Of a DNA stretch of 34,213 nucleotides, positions 1 through 9,900 are shown in pieces. Within the stretch, counting starts at the first letter, position 1; each line of letters opens with the position of its first letter. The stretch comes from Candidatus Eiseniibacteriota bacterium (GTDB lineage: Bacteria; Orphanbacterota; Orphanbacteria; Orphanbacterales; Orphanbacteraceae), in contig JBDROZ010000004.1 of NCBI GenBank assembly GCA_043809585.1, positions 1-34,213 on the forward strand, in the 5' to 3' direction. The notes under the pieces were generated by a model, which was given only the letters and a program-made list of their open reading frames with translations, ran no database searches and was not told where the DNA came from. Position numbers and translations under genes: made by a program.

Positions 1-162
1 GGATCGGAGGAGGGAGGGGATCGGGGCAGGCTGGGACGCTCGTCGTGCGGCGGGTCATAACCCTCCCATTCTCCGGACGCGCGCAATCTGCGGTGCGCAG
101 ATCTTCCATGAGCTCCCCGGTTATGCCCCGGCCCCTCCCGATGCCGATTCCCCGTCCCGCCG
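1..162 (-). repeat. Dispersed repeat element (copy 1, cut by window edge); homologous to 11897-12134
   Basis: Reverse complement of 1-53 aligns to 12082-12134 with about 5 mismatches. 113-162 aligns to the reverse complement of about 11897-11946 with about 3 differences. Same block order, different middles. Confidence 0.85.
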
Positions 163-205
163 GGCTTTCTCTCGGGAGCGCGTGTGCATCACACGCACTC
201 CCCCC

Positions 206-1294
206 TCACACATATTCGATTGCGTGTTCTTCACCGCGCAACACCCGGAGCGCGCCTTCGGCGAGCGCCTGCAGCTCGTCCTCTCCGGGGAAAGCGTGGA
301 CCGGGGCGATCCAGTCGATGCGTTCCTTCAGGGCGCTCACCACCGCATCTTCGTGGACCATCCCCCCCGTGAGGAGAATCCCGTTCACCTTCCCCCGGAG
401 CACTGTCGCGTACGCTCCGATCTCCTTCCCGATCTGGTAGATCATGGCGTCGAAGACGAGCTTCGCCTTCTCGTCGCCGTTTCGGATGCGGCCCAGCACC
501 GCCGGGAGGTCCTTCGTCCCGAGATAGGAAACCATCCCCCCCCGGCGGAAGATCCGGTCCCCCATCTCCTTTCTAGTCACCTCCCCCGAGAGACAGAGAT
601 CGATCAGCTTCATCACCGGGACCGTCCCCGAGCGCTCCGTCGAGAACGCCCCTTCGTCCCGGGAGTTCGTCACATCCACCATCCGGCCGTTCTCGTGGGC
701 CGAGACCGAGGTGCCGCTCCCGAGATGGGCGATGACCAGCCGGAGCTCGGCGTACGGCCGCCCCGTCTCACGGGCGAACCGCTTCGCCACCGCCTTCGTG
801 TTGAGGGCGTGGGAGAGGCACTCCCGGTCGAGACCGGCGAGGCCCGAGAGCCGAGCCACCGGCTCCCACTCGTCGACGCTCACCGGGTCGACGATGAACG
901 CCCGCGCCCCCTTCGACCCGGCGGCGAGATCCGCCGCCATCGGCGCGCCGAGGTTCGACGCGTGGTCCCCCCGCCTCGCCTCCCGGAGATCGGCGAGCAT
1001 CCGGTCGTTCACCTCGAAGGTACCGCTCGGAAGGGGTTTCAACAGGCCGCCCCGGCCGACGACGGCGTCGAGACCGGCGGCGGGGAGGCCCTTCGCATCG
1101 AGGGCGGCCCGGACCCGTTCCATCCGGAAGTCGAGCTGATCCGTCAGGGGCCGGCCGTCGTAGGGGACGAGTTCCTCTTCCGAATGCCGGACCGTCTCCT
1201 GAAAGAGAGGAGTGTCGTTCTCGAAGGCGCCGAACTTGGTCGACGTCGATCCGGGGTTCAGGGCGACGACGCGGATGAGCCGTTCGTCACTCAT
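206..1294 (-). CDS. buk: Butyrate kinase (acetate/butyrate kinase family), 362 aa
   Basis: Motifs NPGSTSTK, GRGGLLKP, HASNLGA, VDPVSVDE, HALNxKAV, HLGxGxSVSAH, LTGG, PGEDELQALAEGALRVL; overlaps ptb stop by 8 nt. Confidence 0.95.
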   Translation of the reverse strand: MSDERLIRVVALNPGSTSTKFGAFENDTPLFQETVRHSEEELVPYDGRPLTDQLDFRMERVRAALDAKGLPAAGLDAVVGRGGLLKPLPSGTFEVNDRMLADLREARRGDHASNLGAPMAADLAAGSKGARAFIVDPVSVDEWEPVARLSGLAGLDRECLSHALNTKAVAKRFARETGRPYAELRLVIAHLGSGTSVSAHENGRMVDVTNSRDEGAFSTERSGTVPVMKLIDLCLSGEVTRKEMGDRIFRRGGMVSYLGTKDLPAVLGRIRNGDEKAKLVFDAMIYQIGKEIGAYATVLRGKVNGILLTGGMVHEDAVVSALKERIDWIAPVHAFPGEDELQALAEGALRVLRGEEHAIEYV

Positions 1295-2207
1295 GGACGA
1301 TCACCCCCATCGCGACGGCGTTCCTCTTGTCCTCGGCACTCTCCACCCGCGACGGGATCAGCACCGGCACCTTCGCGCCCATCACCACGTGCCCGCACGC
1401 CGAACCGCCGAGGTACTTCACCGCCTTGCCCAGGATGTTCCCCGCCTCGATGTTCGGCACCACCATCACGTCCGCCCGGCCCGCCACGGGTGAGGTGATC
1501 CCCTTCGCCTCCGCCGCCGAGACGAGCAGTGCGTTGTCGAGGGCGAGAGGTCCGTACACCTCGCACTCGCCGAACTCCCCCCGCTCCCCCATCTCCGTGA
1601 GCGCCCTCGCGTCGACCGTGGAGGGGACCTTCTCCGACACCGCTTCGGTCGCGCTCATGATCGCGATCTTCGGCCGGGCGAAGCCGAGGGCATGGAAGAC
1701 CTTGACCGCGTTCATCACGATCTGCTTCTTCTCCTCCAGGGTGGGGAGCACGTTCAACCCGCCGTCGGTGGTTCCCACGAAACGGCGCTCGCCGCTCGTC
1801 ATGTCCTCGTAGATGAGAACGTCCGAGAGCACCCGGCCGGTCCGGAGCCCCTTCTCTCTGTCGAGGACCGCCTTCAGGAGCTGGTCCGTGCGGAGATGAC
1901 CCTTGAGAATGACATGGGCATCCCCCCCGCGCGCGAGTTCCACGGCGGCGGCCGCCGCCCGCTCCCAATCTTCGGCGGGCACGACCCGCGCCTTCTCCGA
2001 GAGCTCGGTCATCCCGAGATCGTCCATCTTCGCCCGGATCTTCCCCTCGTCGCCGAGGAGCAGCGCCTCCGCGATTCCTTCGCAGACGGCCATCGAAATG
2101 GCCGAGAGGGCGACGTCATCGTCCGCCACCACGACGGCCACTCTCTTCGGCCCCGTGGCGCGGGCCCGGGCGACCAGTTCGTCGAAACTCTTCAGGGGAA
2201 CGGCCAT
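1287..2207 (-). CDS. ptb: Phosphate butyryltransferase / phosphate acyltransferase (PTA_PTB family), 306 aa
   Basis: Motifs LKGHLRTDQLLKAVLD, GLRTGRVLS, TDGGLNVLP, GPLALDNA, VAGRADVMVVPNIEAGNILGK, GAKVPVLIPSR; RBS-like GGAAGG upstream; coupled to buk. Confidence 0.92.
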   Translation of the reverse strand: MAVPLKSFDELVARARATGPKRVAVVVADDDVALSAISMAVCEGIAEALLLGDEGKIRAKMDDLGMTELSEKARVVPAEDWERAAAAAVELARGGDAHVILKGHLRTDQLLKAVLDREKGLRTGRVLSDVLIYEDMTSGERRFVGTTDGGLNVLPTLEEKKQIVMNAVKVFHALGFARPKIAIMSATEAVSEKVPSTVDARALTEMGERGEFGECEVYGPLALDNALLVSAAEAKGITSPVAGRADVMVVPNIEAGNILGKAVKYLGGSACGHVVMGAKVPVLIPSRVESAEDKRNAVAMGVIVHE

Positions 2208-2306
2208 GGGTTCCTTCCCTCTCGTCCGCGATCCGTCCTTTCCCGAGACGAAGCACCGGGGATGAACCTCGTTTCGGGGACCCGCAGGTGAGGGCGCCGC
2301 GCGACC

Positions 2307-3719
2307 CTACCGGATCAGCAGCATTTTGCGGGTTTCCGAGTACCGGCCCGCGTCCAGGCGGTAGAAGTATACCCCCGAAGGGGCGTCCCTTCCCAGGCCG
2401 TCGACGCCGCGCCAGACCACGGCGTGATCCCCCGCACCGCGCGGACCCTCCACGAGACGGGTCACGCGCCGCCCCGCGACGCTCAGCACGTCGAGGGTGA
2501 TCTCCGCCGCGTCGGGAAGATGGAAGGAGATCGTCGTCGCCGGATTGAACGGGTTCGGCCGGTTCGGGAATAGGGCGGCGGACCGGGGGGGCCCGCCGGA
2601 GAGGGCGATACCGGTGGAGACGCTAAGGAGCGGATCGAAGCCCATGAAGCCGAGATAGCTCGTCACCCACGCCTGGTCCATGGCGTCCGTGTCGAGGGGG
2701 GAAGCCTGGATGCCCCCGTCGTCGTCGGTGTCGAAGGAGCGGAGGTAGTCGGTCATCCAGAGATGCCGGGTCCCCCAGATCGGGTCTCCCGTCGCCTCCT
2801 CGAGACGCTTCATGCCGAGGGCGTACCACCCGTTCCACGCGTTCTCCCAATCTCCCGCGTCGGCGAGCGTGTCGAACTCGGCGAGGTGCGCGCCGAGCCA
2901 TGGACCCAACGAATCGGGGTACTCGCGGAAGTACGATTCGAGCATGCCCCACATCACGGCGCCGGCCGACATCGCCCACTCCTCGTTGGAGAGGATGAGC
3001 GAGTCCGCGGCGATCCACCCCTTCACCCGGTTTCCCCGGAGGGCGGCGCGGGCGACCCAGACCGAATCGGCCGCCCGGGTGCCGTACTCGTACAGGTTGC
3101 CGGCGGCCCAGGAGAGGACCGGCGGGTTGACCAGGTTGTAGAAGCCGGTCGTTCCGAGACGGATCAGGTTGTGGGTGGCGATGTAGTTCGCGCATGAGTC
3201 GGCGTAGCCCGAGTACGACAGATCGTTGAACACGTCGACGTACTTCATCTGGGCCCGGAGCGCCCATCCGCAGTTGTACATCCTGTAGTAGCCGCCGTAG
3301 CCGTCGCTCCCCCCCTCCTCATTGTAGGCGGGGTGGGTCGTGATGTACTCCCACGAGGCCCGGAGATTTCCCATGAGCGACGTGTCGCCGGTCAGCTCGT
3401 AGTAGCGCGTGAAGAACCAGATCGACTCGGACGTGTTGTCCGACTGGATGATGTCGAGGAGGTGCTCCGCCTCCCTGATGCCGCCGAAGTCGATCGACAG
3501 GGAGTCCGACACCTGAAGGGAGGCGACGAACCAGGCCGCCTGCTGGAAATCGGCGTAGTTGTCGCCGCTGAAACGCTCGCCGGGACCGGGAGGGGCCGGG
3601 CGTTCCCCCGGGATATACGACGTCCGGGCGCGGGCCGCGTCTTCCGGCGTCCAGGGGATGGTGGCGAGCGCCGGAAGCGCGAGAAAGGCGACGAGAATCA
3701 GGGCGATCGAAACGCGCAT
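2307..3719 (-). CDS. Secreted protein, putative (alpha/alpha)-barrel glycoside hydrolase-like (GH76-like) domain plus C-terminal FlgD-Ig/T9SS-like domain, about 470 aa
   Basis: Start moved from ORF-track 3866 to ATG 3719: GAGG upstream and signal peptide MRVSIALILVAFLALPALA. DNxxExIW..RYYELTGD-type helical motifs. C-terminus NRPNPFNPATTISF...VWRG..G..APSGVYFYRL...RKMLLIR. Catalytic family assignment is tentative. Confidence 0.7.
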   Translation of the reverse strand: MRVSIALILVAFLALPALATIPWTPEDAARARTSYIPGERPAPPGPGERFSGDNYADFQQAAWFVASLQVSDSLSIDFGGIREAEHLLDIIQSDNTSESIWFFTRYYELTGDTSLMGNLRASWEYITTHPAYNEEGGSDGYGGYYRMYNCGWALRAQMKYVDVFNDLSYSGYADSCANYIATHNLIRLGTTGFYNLVNPPVLSWAAGNLYEYGTRAADSVWVARAALRGNRVKGWIAADSLILSNEEWAMSAGAVMWGMLESYFREYPDSLGPWLGAHLAEFDTLADAGDWENAWNGWYALGMKRLEEATGDPIWGTRHLWMTDYLRSFDTDDDGGIQASPLDTDAMDQAWVTSYLGFMGFDPLLSVSTGIALSGGPPRSAALFPNRPNPFNPATTISFHLPDAAEITLDVLSVAGRRVTRLVEGPRGAGDHAVVWRGVDGLGRDAPSGVYFYRLDAGRYSETRKMLLIR

Positions 3720-3783
3720 GACGGACCTCACTTCCTGGGCGAGCCCTATGCGGAAATACAATTGGAGGTTACTCGACTGCTTC

Positions 3784-3792
3784 ATTTTAGCA
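3784..3792 (-). promoter_or_regulatory. Putative extended -10 promoter (TGcTAAAAT) for the 2307-3719 gene
   Basis: TGnTAAAAT in an AT-rich patch about 65 nt upstream of the ATG; no clear -35. Confidence 0.45.
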
Positions 3793-3855
3793 CAAAACGT
3801 GCGATGGGGTGAGGGGGGAGTAGCGAGAGGGCAGCGGCGGGGAGCCCGCTCAGCC

Positions 3856-3956
3856 GGGGGACACAATACCGAACTCCCAATTCGGGGGACACAATACCGA
3901 ACCCGGTATTAGGTATTGTGTCCCCCAAATCCCCTCTTGTGTCCCCCAAATCCCCT
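3856..3956. repeat. GGGGACACAATAC / GTATTGTGTCCCC palindromic repeat cluster (left)
   Basis: Two GGGGACACAATACCGAA units followed by inverted GTATTGTGTCCCCC and a tandem TTGTGTCCCCCAAATCCCCT. Confidence 0.9.
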
Positions 3957-4106
3957 CACTCCGGTTCCATGAGCGCGGTCGGTTCCATGAAGAACGAAGA
4001 GAGCGCCCGCGCCGTCCGTGCCGCCACACACCCACCCGAGTCCCGGTCAGGACCTGCCCGTGCGCGCTCGGAGCCGTGTCCCGCGGCGAAAGCCCCCGAG
4101 GGCCCC

Positions 4107-6506
4107 CTATCGAACGACGACCAGCTTTCTCGTGGCCGCGAAGTCGCCCGCCTGAAGCCGAACGAAGTAGACCCCCGCCGGGACATCTTGCCCGCGGGCG
4201 TCTCTCCCGTCCCATTCGAATCCGTGAGGGCCGGCCCCCTGCAACCCCTGATCCCGCTCGGCCACCACCCGCCCGCGAATGTCGTAGATCCGGAATGCCA
4301 CCCTCGCCTCCCGCTCCAAGGCATAGTCGATCCGTCCGACGCCGGTCATCGGGTTCGGTCCGCCGCCGAGGAGAACCGTCTCGGTTACCGGTCGCCCCGC
4401 GCCGACCTCCGTCCAAACGGGCAGGTCGAACCGGGAGACATAGGCGTCGTCCCATGCGCCCTTGAAACGATCGTAAGCGCCCACCGTTGTCGGAAAGTAG
4501 GAGGAAGAGGTCGATCCGGTGATGATCGGATTCCCGCCCGAGTCGAGGACGAGGCCGCACTGGTACTCCCCCTCGTCGTCGTTTCCCCCGATGTACGTGC
4601 CGTAGAGCAAGGTCGAACCGGCGGGAGAGAGTCTGACGACGAAGACGTCCGCCGAGTCGTTCCAAGAGGTGTCGTAGCCGTTCGGCGTCGTGGGGAAGTC
4701 GGCCGATTCGGTGCTCCCCGTCAGGACGGGGGCGCCCGAAGGATCGAGGGCCATGGCGTAGGCGACATCGACCGCCGCACCCCCCAGGAAGGTGCCCCAG
4801 CGAAGGCTCGAACCGTCGCTCGAAAGACCCGCGACGAACACGTCCCGGGTGCCCCCGTTGTGCGATGTGTCGTACGCGCCCGCCGTGGTGGGGAAGTTGG
4901 TCGACTCGGTCTCTCCGGCCACGACCGGATTCCCCTCGTGGTCGAGATCGAGCGCGTAAACGAAATCGGTCGACGATCCGCCCAGGAACGTGCTCCAGAC
5001 GAGGTTCGAGCCGTCGCCGGCGATCTTGGTGACGAACAGATCCGACCCGCCGTTGATCACCCTGTCGTAGGCGCCCTCCGTCGTCGGGAAGCCGGCCGTG
5101 GCGGTCTCCCCCGTGACGACGACATCCCCCGAAACGTCGACGGTGACGGCCTTCCCGTATTCCCAGGAAAGTCCCCCGAGGAAGGTGCTCCAGGCGAGAG
5201 TCGAACCGGTGCCGGAGAGGCGGGTGACGAAGACGTCATAACTTCCGCCGAAGGACCGGTCGTACGCCCCCACCGTCGTGGGGAAGCCGCTGGACTGGGT
5301 CAGCCCGGTCACGAGCGGGTAATCGTACTGATCGAGATCGAGGTCGTAGCTGTAATCGACGGAGCTCCCCCCGAGGAAGGTGCTCCAGAGGAGGCTCGAC
5401 CCGGAATTCGACAGCTTGGCGACATAGGCATCGAAGTCGCCGTTGTGGACGGTGTCGTACGCCCCCACCGTCGTGGGGAAGTCCGCCGAGCCCGTGTTCC
5501 CCGTGAGGACGGGGTTTCCGAAGTGATCGAGGACCAGGGCGTAACAGCCGTCGATCAGGGCGCCTCCGAGAAATGTGCACCAGAGGAGCGTCGAGCCCGA
5601 CGCCGAGAGCTTGGCGACGAAAGCGTCGACATACGAAGTCCCGTTGTGAACGGTGTCGTAGGCCCCCGGCGTGACAGGCAAATCACCGGACAACGTGTGT
5701 CCTCCCACCACCGGATTGCCGGCGTCGTCCAGGGCGAGGGCGCTCCCGTAGTCGCCGTCGTTCCCCCCGAGGAAGGTGCTCCAGAGGAGCGTCGAGGGGT
5801 CGTCTCTCACCTTGCCCGGCCGATCATGCGTCGCGGAGGCCGATGCGATCCCGCCCACCCCGATCACCCCACCCCGCGTGCCGGGAAGGCCGGGCTCATG
5901 GACCAGCGTTCCCACCCCGGTCTCGATCGCCGTCGACCCGTCGGTGCGATGGCCGATTTCGGCCGCCCCCTCATAAAGGAAGCGGACCCTGTTCGGATCC
6001 GCGCCGGGAGAGGTTTTCAGGTCGCACGCGATCCGCCCCCCGTCTTCGCGAAAGACGAGATCCACGCCCGGCCAGAGCCCGCGATACACGACCTCGTCGA
6101 AGGCGGGGACGTCGGTCCGCCACCCGGCAGGATCGTTCCCGCGGAAGTAGTTGTAGCGGGTCTCCGTCATTCCCCGCGCCTCGATCACCGGATCGGGGTT
6201 CGCGTTCTCGAAACGCATGTAGACCGCGCACCCTCGATGGGGGGCACGGGGCTCCGCCATCCCCCGCTCCGGAAGCGGCTCGGGGAAGAGCGCGGGGGCT
6301 TCGCTCTCGGAGACGGCCTCCCGGAGATCGATCACGAGCGCGTCCTTGGTGAAGTAGAACGCCGCGCGGGCACCGGGCGCGTAGTAGGCGACCCGTTCGT
6401 CCACCTGCCCTCGGTTCTCGATGAAGCCGGAACCGGCGGCGAACGCGATGGAGGAAGAGATGAGGATGAGCAGCGAAGCGCGCAACACGGCGGACCGGGT
6501 ACTCAT
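4107..6506 (-). CDS. Secreted SBBP-repeat 7-bladed beta-propeller protein with N-terminal FIENxGQ domain and C-terminal FlgD-Ig/T9SS-like domain, about 799 aa
   Basis: Start ATG 6506 has AGGAGG RBS and signal peptide MSTRSAVLRASLLILISSSIAFA; the ORF-track extension to 7526 runs through repeats. Seven repeats of LxWSTFLGG...D..GN..V.G.T.S..FPTT.GAYD...D.FV..L; C-terminal PNP...WDGRD..G..VPAGVYFVRL...RKLVVVR. Confidence 0.9.
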   Translation of the reverse strand: MSTRSAVLRASLLILISSSIAFAAGSGFIENRGQVDERVAYYAPGARAAFYFTKDALVIDLREAVSESEAPALFPEPLPERGMAEPRAPHRGCAVYMRFENANPDPVIEARGMTETRYNYFRGNDPAGWRTDVPAFDEVVYRGLWPGVDLVFREDGGRIACDLKTSPGADPNRVRFLYEGAAEIGHRTDGSTAIETGVGTLVHEPGLPGTRGGVIGVGGIASASATHDRPGKVRDDPSTLLWSTFLGGNDGDYGSALALDDAGNPVVGGHTLSGDLPVTPGAYDTVHNGTSYVDAFVAKLSASGSTLLWCTFLGGALIDGCYALVLDHFGNPVLTGNTGSADFPTTVGAYDTVHNGDFDAYVAKLSNSGSSLLWSTFLGGSSVDYSYDLDLDQYDYPLVTGLTQSSGFPTTVGAYDRSFGGSYDVFVTRLSGTGSTLAWSTFLGGLSWEYGKAVTVDVSGDVVVTGETATAGFPTTEGAYDRVINGGSDLFVTKIAGDGSNLVWSTFLGGSSTDFVYALDLDHEGNPVVAGETESTNFPTTAGAYDTSHNGGTRDVFVAGLSSDGSSLRWGTFLGGAAVDVAYAMALDPSGAPVLTGSTESADFPTTPNGYDTSWNDSADVFVVRLSPAGSTLLYGTYIGGNDDEGEYQCGLVLDSGGNPIITGSTSSSYFPTTVGAYDRFKGAWDDAYVSRFDLPVWTEVGAGRPVTETVLLGGGPNPMTGVGRIDYALEREARVAFRIYDIRGRVVAERDQGLQGAGPHGFEWDGRDARGQDVPAGVYFVRLQAGDFAATRKLVVVR

Positions 6507-6585
6507 GACGAGCACCTCCTCGTTGAAGCAGCTCAGGATGCATGTCGCCGGGATGGACGCGGAACGAGTTCCGAAAACCACAATA

Positions 6586-6594
6586 ATTTTACCA
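6586..6594 (-). promoter_or_regulatory. Putative extended -10 promoter (TGgTAAAAT) for the SBBP gene
   Basis: TGnTAAAAT in an AT-rich patch about 80 nt upstream of the ATG. Confidence 0.45.
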
Positions 6595-6678
6595 TATCCA
6601 AACATGCCGGAGCCACCGTCGAATGAGAGGGACAATGCCCGAAGTGGCCATCCTGCTCGGATTCCTCCTCTGAGGCTC

Positions 6679-6803
6679 GGGGGACACAATACCGTCTGAA
6701 ACTCGGGGACACAATACCGAATTGGGAGTTCCGTATTGTGTCCCCTTCCTGAGGAGTTCCGTATTGTGTCCCCTTCCTGTAGTGTGTCCCCTTCCTGTAG
6801 TGG
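6679..6803. repeat. GGGGACACAATAC / GTATTGTGTCCCC palindromic repeat cluster (right)
   Basis: Two GGGGACACAATACCG units, two GGAGTTCCGTATTGTGTCCCCTTCCTG units and one further TGTGTCCCCTTCCTGTAGTG. Confidence 0.9.
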
Positions 6804-6866
6804 GTGTGCCCGGTGAGATTTCAGTCGCGGAGCGTCTTCCTGTATACGGGATTGGTTCCGTTTTTC

Positions 6867-6896
6867 TTGACTCCCCCTTCCCGGGGGTGATAGTCT
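6867..6896 (+). promoter_or_regulatory. Putative sigma70 promoter for the S8 protease
   Basis: TTGACT (6867-6872), 18-nt spacer ending in TGn, TAGTCT (6891-6896). Confidence 0.55.
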
Positions 6897-6989
6897 CTGC
6901 CCCAATCGCGCCGAGGACCCGCCGGCGGACGGGGGAGCCCCCACGAATTCGATCGACCAAGGCGCCCCCCACGGGGCCGGGAGACGGCT

Positions 6990-9900
6990 TTGTCCGCGTC
7001 CACCTTCCGCCGCACCATCTCCATGGCCCTCGGCGTCCTTCTCCTCACCCCCATCCCCTCCTTCTCGTTCATCGACGATGACCCCGACATCCACCGGGTG
7101 ATCCTCGAGGAGCCCCTGGAGGGCGTCCCCGTCGACCCGGAGGGCGCCTTTCTCCGATGGGCTCCGCTCCCGGGGGCGGAGCGATACGTCCTTCTCTTTT
7201 CGCCCGAACCCTTCGCGCCGGTCCCCGGGGAGAGGGAACCCTCCGCGCCCCTCCGGCGGGAGACGGCAAGGAACGGGATCCCTCTCGCCTCGATCGGACT
7301 TCCTCCGTCGGAGGCGAACGAATGGTACTGGGCGGTGGCCGCCCTCCGGGGCCGCCGTTGGGAGACGTCGGAGGCGAGACGACTTCGGATCGGCTCCGCC
7401 CGGGGCGCGGCCTCGGTGCCGATCCGAAAGATCGGACGGGGCCGGTTCGATCCTCGGGGCCGGGCGGGAGAGATGGTCCTCTCGAACGGCGTCTCCCTGA
7501 CCGCCGGGCGGGCGGAATCGGGGCACGACTCCTTGTCCCGATACGGGATCGTTCGCTTCCGGGGGCCCGTGCGGGAAGAATGGCGGCGGGCAATCGAAGC
7601 TCGGGGGGCCGTCGTGGCGGGTTACCTTCCGGACGACGCCCTGGTGGTCCGTTGGGACCGGGCGGTCCCCACCGAGATCGCATCATCCCCCGGCGTGTCG
7701 TGGACCGCCCCCTACCGACCCGAATACAAACGATCCCCCGCCCTCGCCGGACCGGCGAAGAGGGGAGAGATCGATGCGGTGGTCCTTCTCTTCCCCGGTG
7801 AAGACTCGGGCCCATTCGCCCGCAACCTCGAGGAGTCGGGCATCGAAGTGACGGCCCGGGGACGGGAGATCGTGCGGGCGCGCCTCGGCGACGACGATCT
7901 CGAGACTCTTCTCCGGGACGAGCGGGTCCGGTGGATCGAGCCCCGGACGGAGGCGCGCCTCTTCAACGACCAGTGCCAGTGGGTCGTGCAGAGCGACGTC
8001 GCCGGCCTCCGGAGCCTCTGGCAGGAAGGGCTCCGGGGGGAGGGGATCATCCTCTCCCTCTGCGACAGCGGGATCCGAACGACCCACCAGATGTACCGGG
8101 ATGACGCGCGGGCCGTCTCCACCTGGGGCGATTACCCGGACCACCGGAAGCTGATCGCCTACCGCCGCTCCGTCGACTCCCCCTTCGTCCTCTTCGGCGA
8201 CGATCCGGGGGCGTGGTACCACGGCACCCACACGGCCTGCACCCTGGCCGGCAACGACTCCACTCTCGGGGGGAGCGCGGTGGACGGCGTCGCGCCGGAC
8301 GCGAAGATCTTCTTCGTCGACGGCGGCGGCGCGTCGAACATCATCTACACGCCCGTCGATCTGGGCGAACTCTTTCTCCCCGTCTACGAGGGGAACGAAG
8401 CGGGCGCCCCCCGCATCATGTCGAACTCATGGGGCGCCCTTCTCGGGGGCGCCTACGATTCCATGTGCGAGCAGACCGATCGGTTCGTATGGGAGCACAA
8501 GGATTTCCTCCTGCTCTTCTCCAACGGGAACGGCGGCATCCCGAACTCGGTCGCCTCGCCGGCGGCATCGAAGAACTGCCTCGCCGTGGGAGGGACCGAG
8601 AACGGTTCTTCCGCCGACCAGATCTACTCGGGGTCCTCCCGGGGACCGGCGGACGACGGAAGACGAAAGCCGGCCATCGTCGCCCCCGCACGGCTCCAGT
8701 CGGCGTCGGGCGAATGGGACGGCGCCTATCAGACGCTGGACGGAACGAGCATGGCCGCCCCCTCGGCGGCGGCGGGCGCGGGCCTGATGATGCAGTATTT
8801 CGTCGAAGGGCGCTACCCGAGCGGCGTGAAAGAGGGGTCGCCCGCCATGCAACCCTCGGCCGCCCTCCTCCGGGCGGCCCTCGTGGCCGGCGCGGAAGGG
8901 GACATGAACGGTTACGAAACCCCGTCCAACGACGTCGGCTGGGGGCGGATACGATTGAGCAACGTCCTCTACTTCCCCGGCAACGCCCGGCGCCTCGCGG
9001 TGGTGGACGAGACGGCGGGCCTCCTGACGGGGGAAACGGCGGAATACGAAATCACCGTCGCCTCCGGCGCCGAGCCGCTCGAGATCGTGCTCGTCTGGAC
9101 CGACTACCCCGCTTCCCCCGCCGCCTCGCGGAACCTCGTGAACGATCTCGATCTCGTCGTCAGCGGCGGCGGCCAGGAATACCTCGGCAACGTCTTCTCC
9201 GGCGGCTCCTCCCTTCCGGGGGGCGCGCGGGACTCGATCGACGTCGAGGAGGTGGTCCTCGTGCCGGATCCCGCGCCGGGGACCTGGTCGATCGAGGTTC
9301 GCGCGGAAGCCGTCCCCTTCGGGCCCCAGCCCTTCGCGATCGTCGTGACCGGAGATCTGGATGGTTCCGCGGCGTCCGTGGCATTCGACCGGAGTTCCTA
9401 CGGCGGCGACGACATGGTAACGGTCCGGGTCGAGGACGGGGACCTGGAGGCGGGCCCCGTGGTGGCCTTCTGGTCCGACACGGAGGGCGAGCCGGAGAGC
9501 ATCATCCTCGCGGGGGGGGGCGGCGTGTTCGCCGGGACGATCGCGACGAGCACCGGGCTTCCCATCGCCGGGGACGGCCTCCTCGCGGTCAGCCACGGCG
9601 ATTCGATCCGGGTCGCCTACGACGACGCCTCGGGGGGCGGCCCGCGCGTCGCGGCGGCATCGGTCTCGCTCGCCGGGCCCATGATTCTTCCCCCGTCGGG
9701 CGCTTCTCCGTCGGGAGGGGACGGGGAGGTCTCGTGGGAGACCGACGTCCCCGCCGACTCGAGGATCCTCTTCGGCCTCGATCCGGCATTTCTTCCCGAC
9801 ACGGTCCGCGCGCCCGAGCTCGTCCTCTCCCATCGCATTCCCCTCGCCGGGCTCCTTCCGGACACGACCTATTACTACCGTGTCGAATCCTCCGACTTCC

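Noticed and set aside
1-58. Start of a minus-strand CDS (ATG at 58 with GGAGGG upstream)
   Set aside because: The putative coding sequence is a copy of the non-coding repeat at 12082-12134; it cannot be supported as a gene from 19 codons.
2241-2280. Hairpin upstream of ptb as an intrinsic terminator
   Set aside because: A stem is present, but the loop is large and there is no U-tract on the transcribed (minus) strand.
4440-5790. DNA-level repeats in the SBBP gene as a DGR template/variable repeat pair
   Set aside because: They are the coding repeats of propeller blades; there is no adenine-specific mismatch pattern and no reverse transcriptase.
3918-6626. 902-aa plus-strand ORF, and similar long ORFs at 8427-11633 (-), 25076-27847 (-), 25504-27765 (+), 27618-29309 (-), 29029-30549 (-), 30326-31882 (-)
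   Set aside because: Antisense or alternate-frame shadows of well-supported genes in high-GC DNA; Arg/Pro/Gly-rich with no family motifs.
3856-6803. GGGGACACAATAC clusters as CRISPR arrays
   Set aside because: Units are short and in both orientations, with irregular spacing, no unique spacers of constant length and no cas genes.
6507-7526. N-terminal 340-aa extension of the SBBP ORF in the ORF track
   Set aside because: It runs through the repeat cluster and overlaps the S8 gene; the RBS and signal peptide point to ATG 6506.
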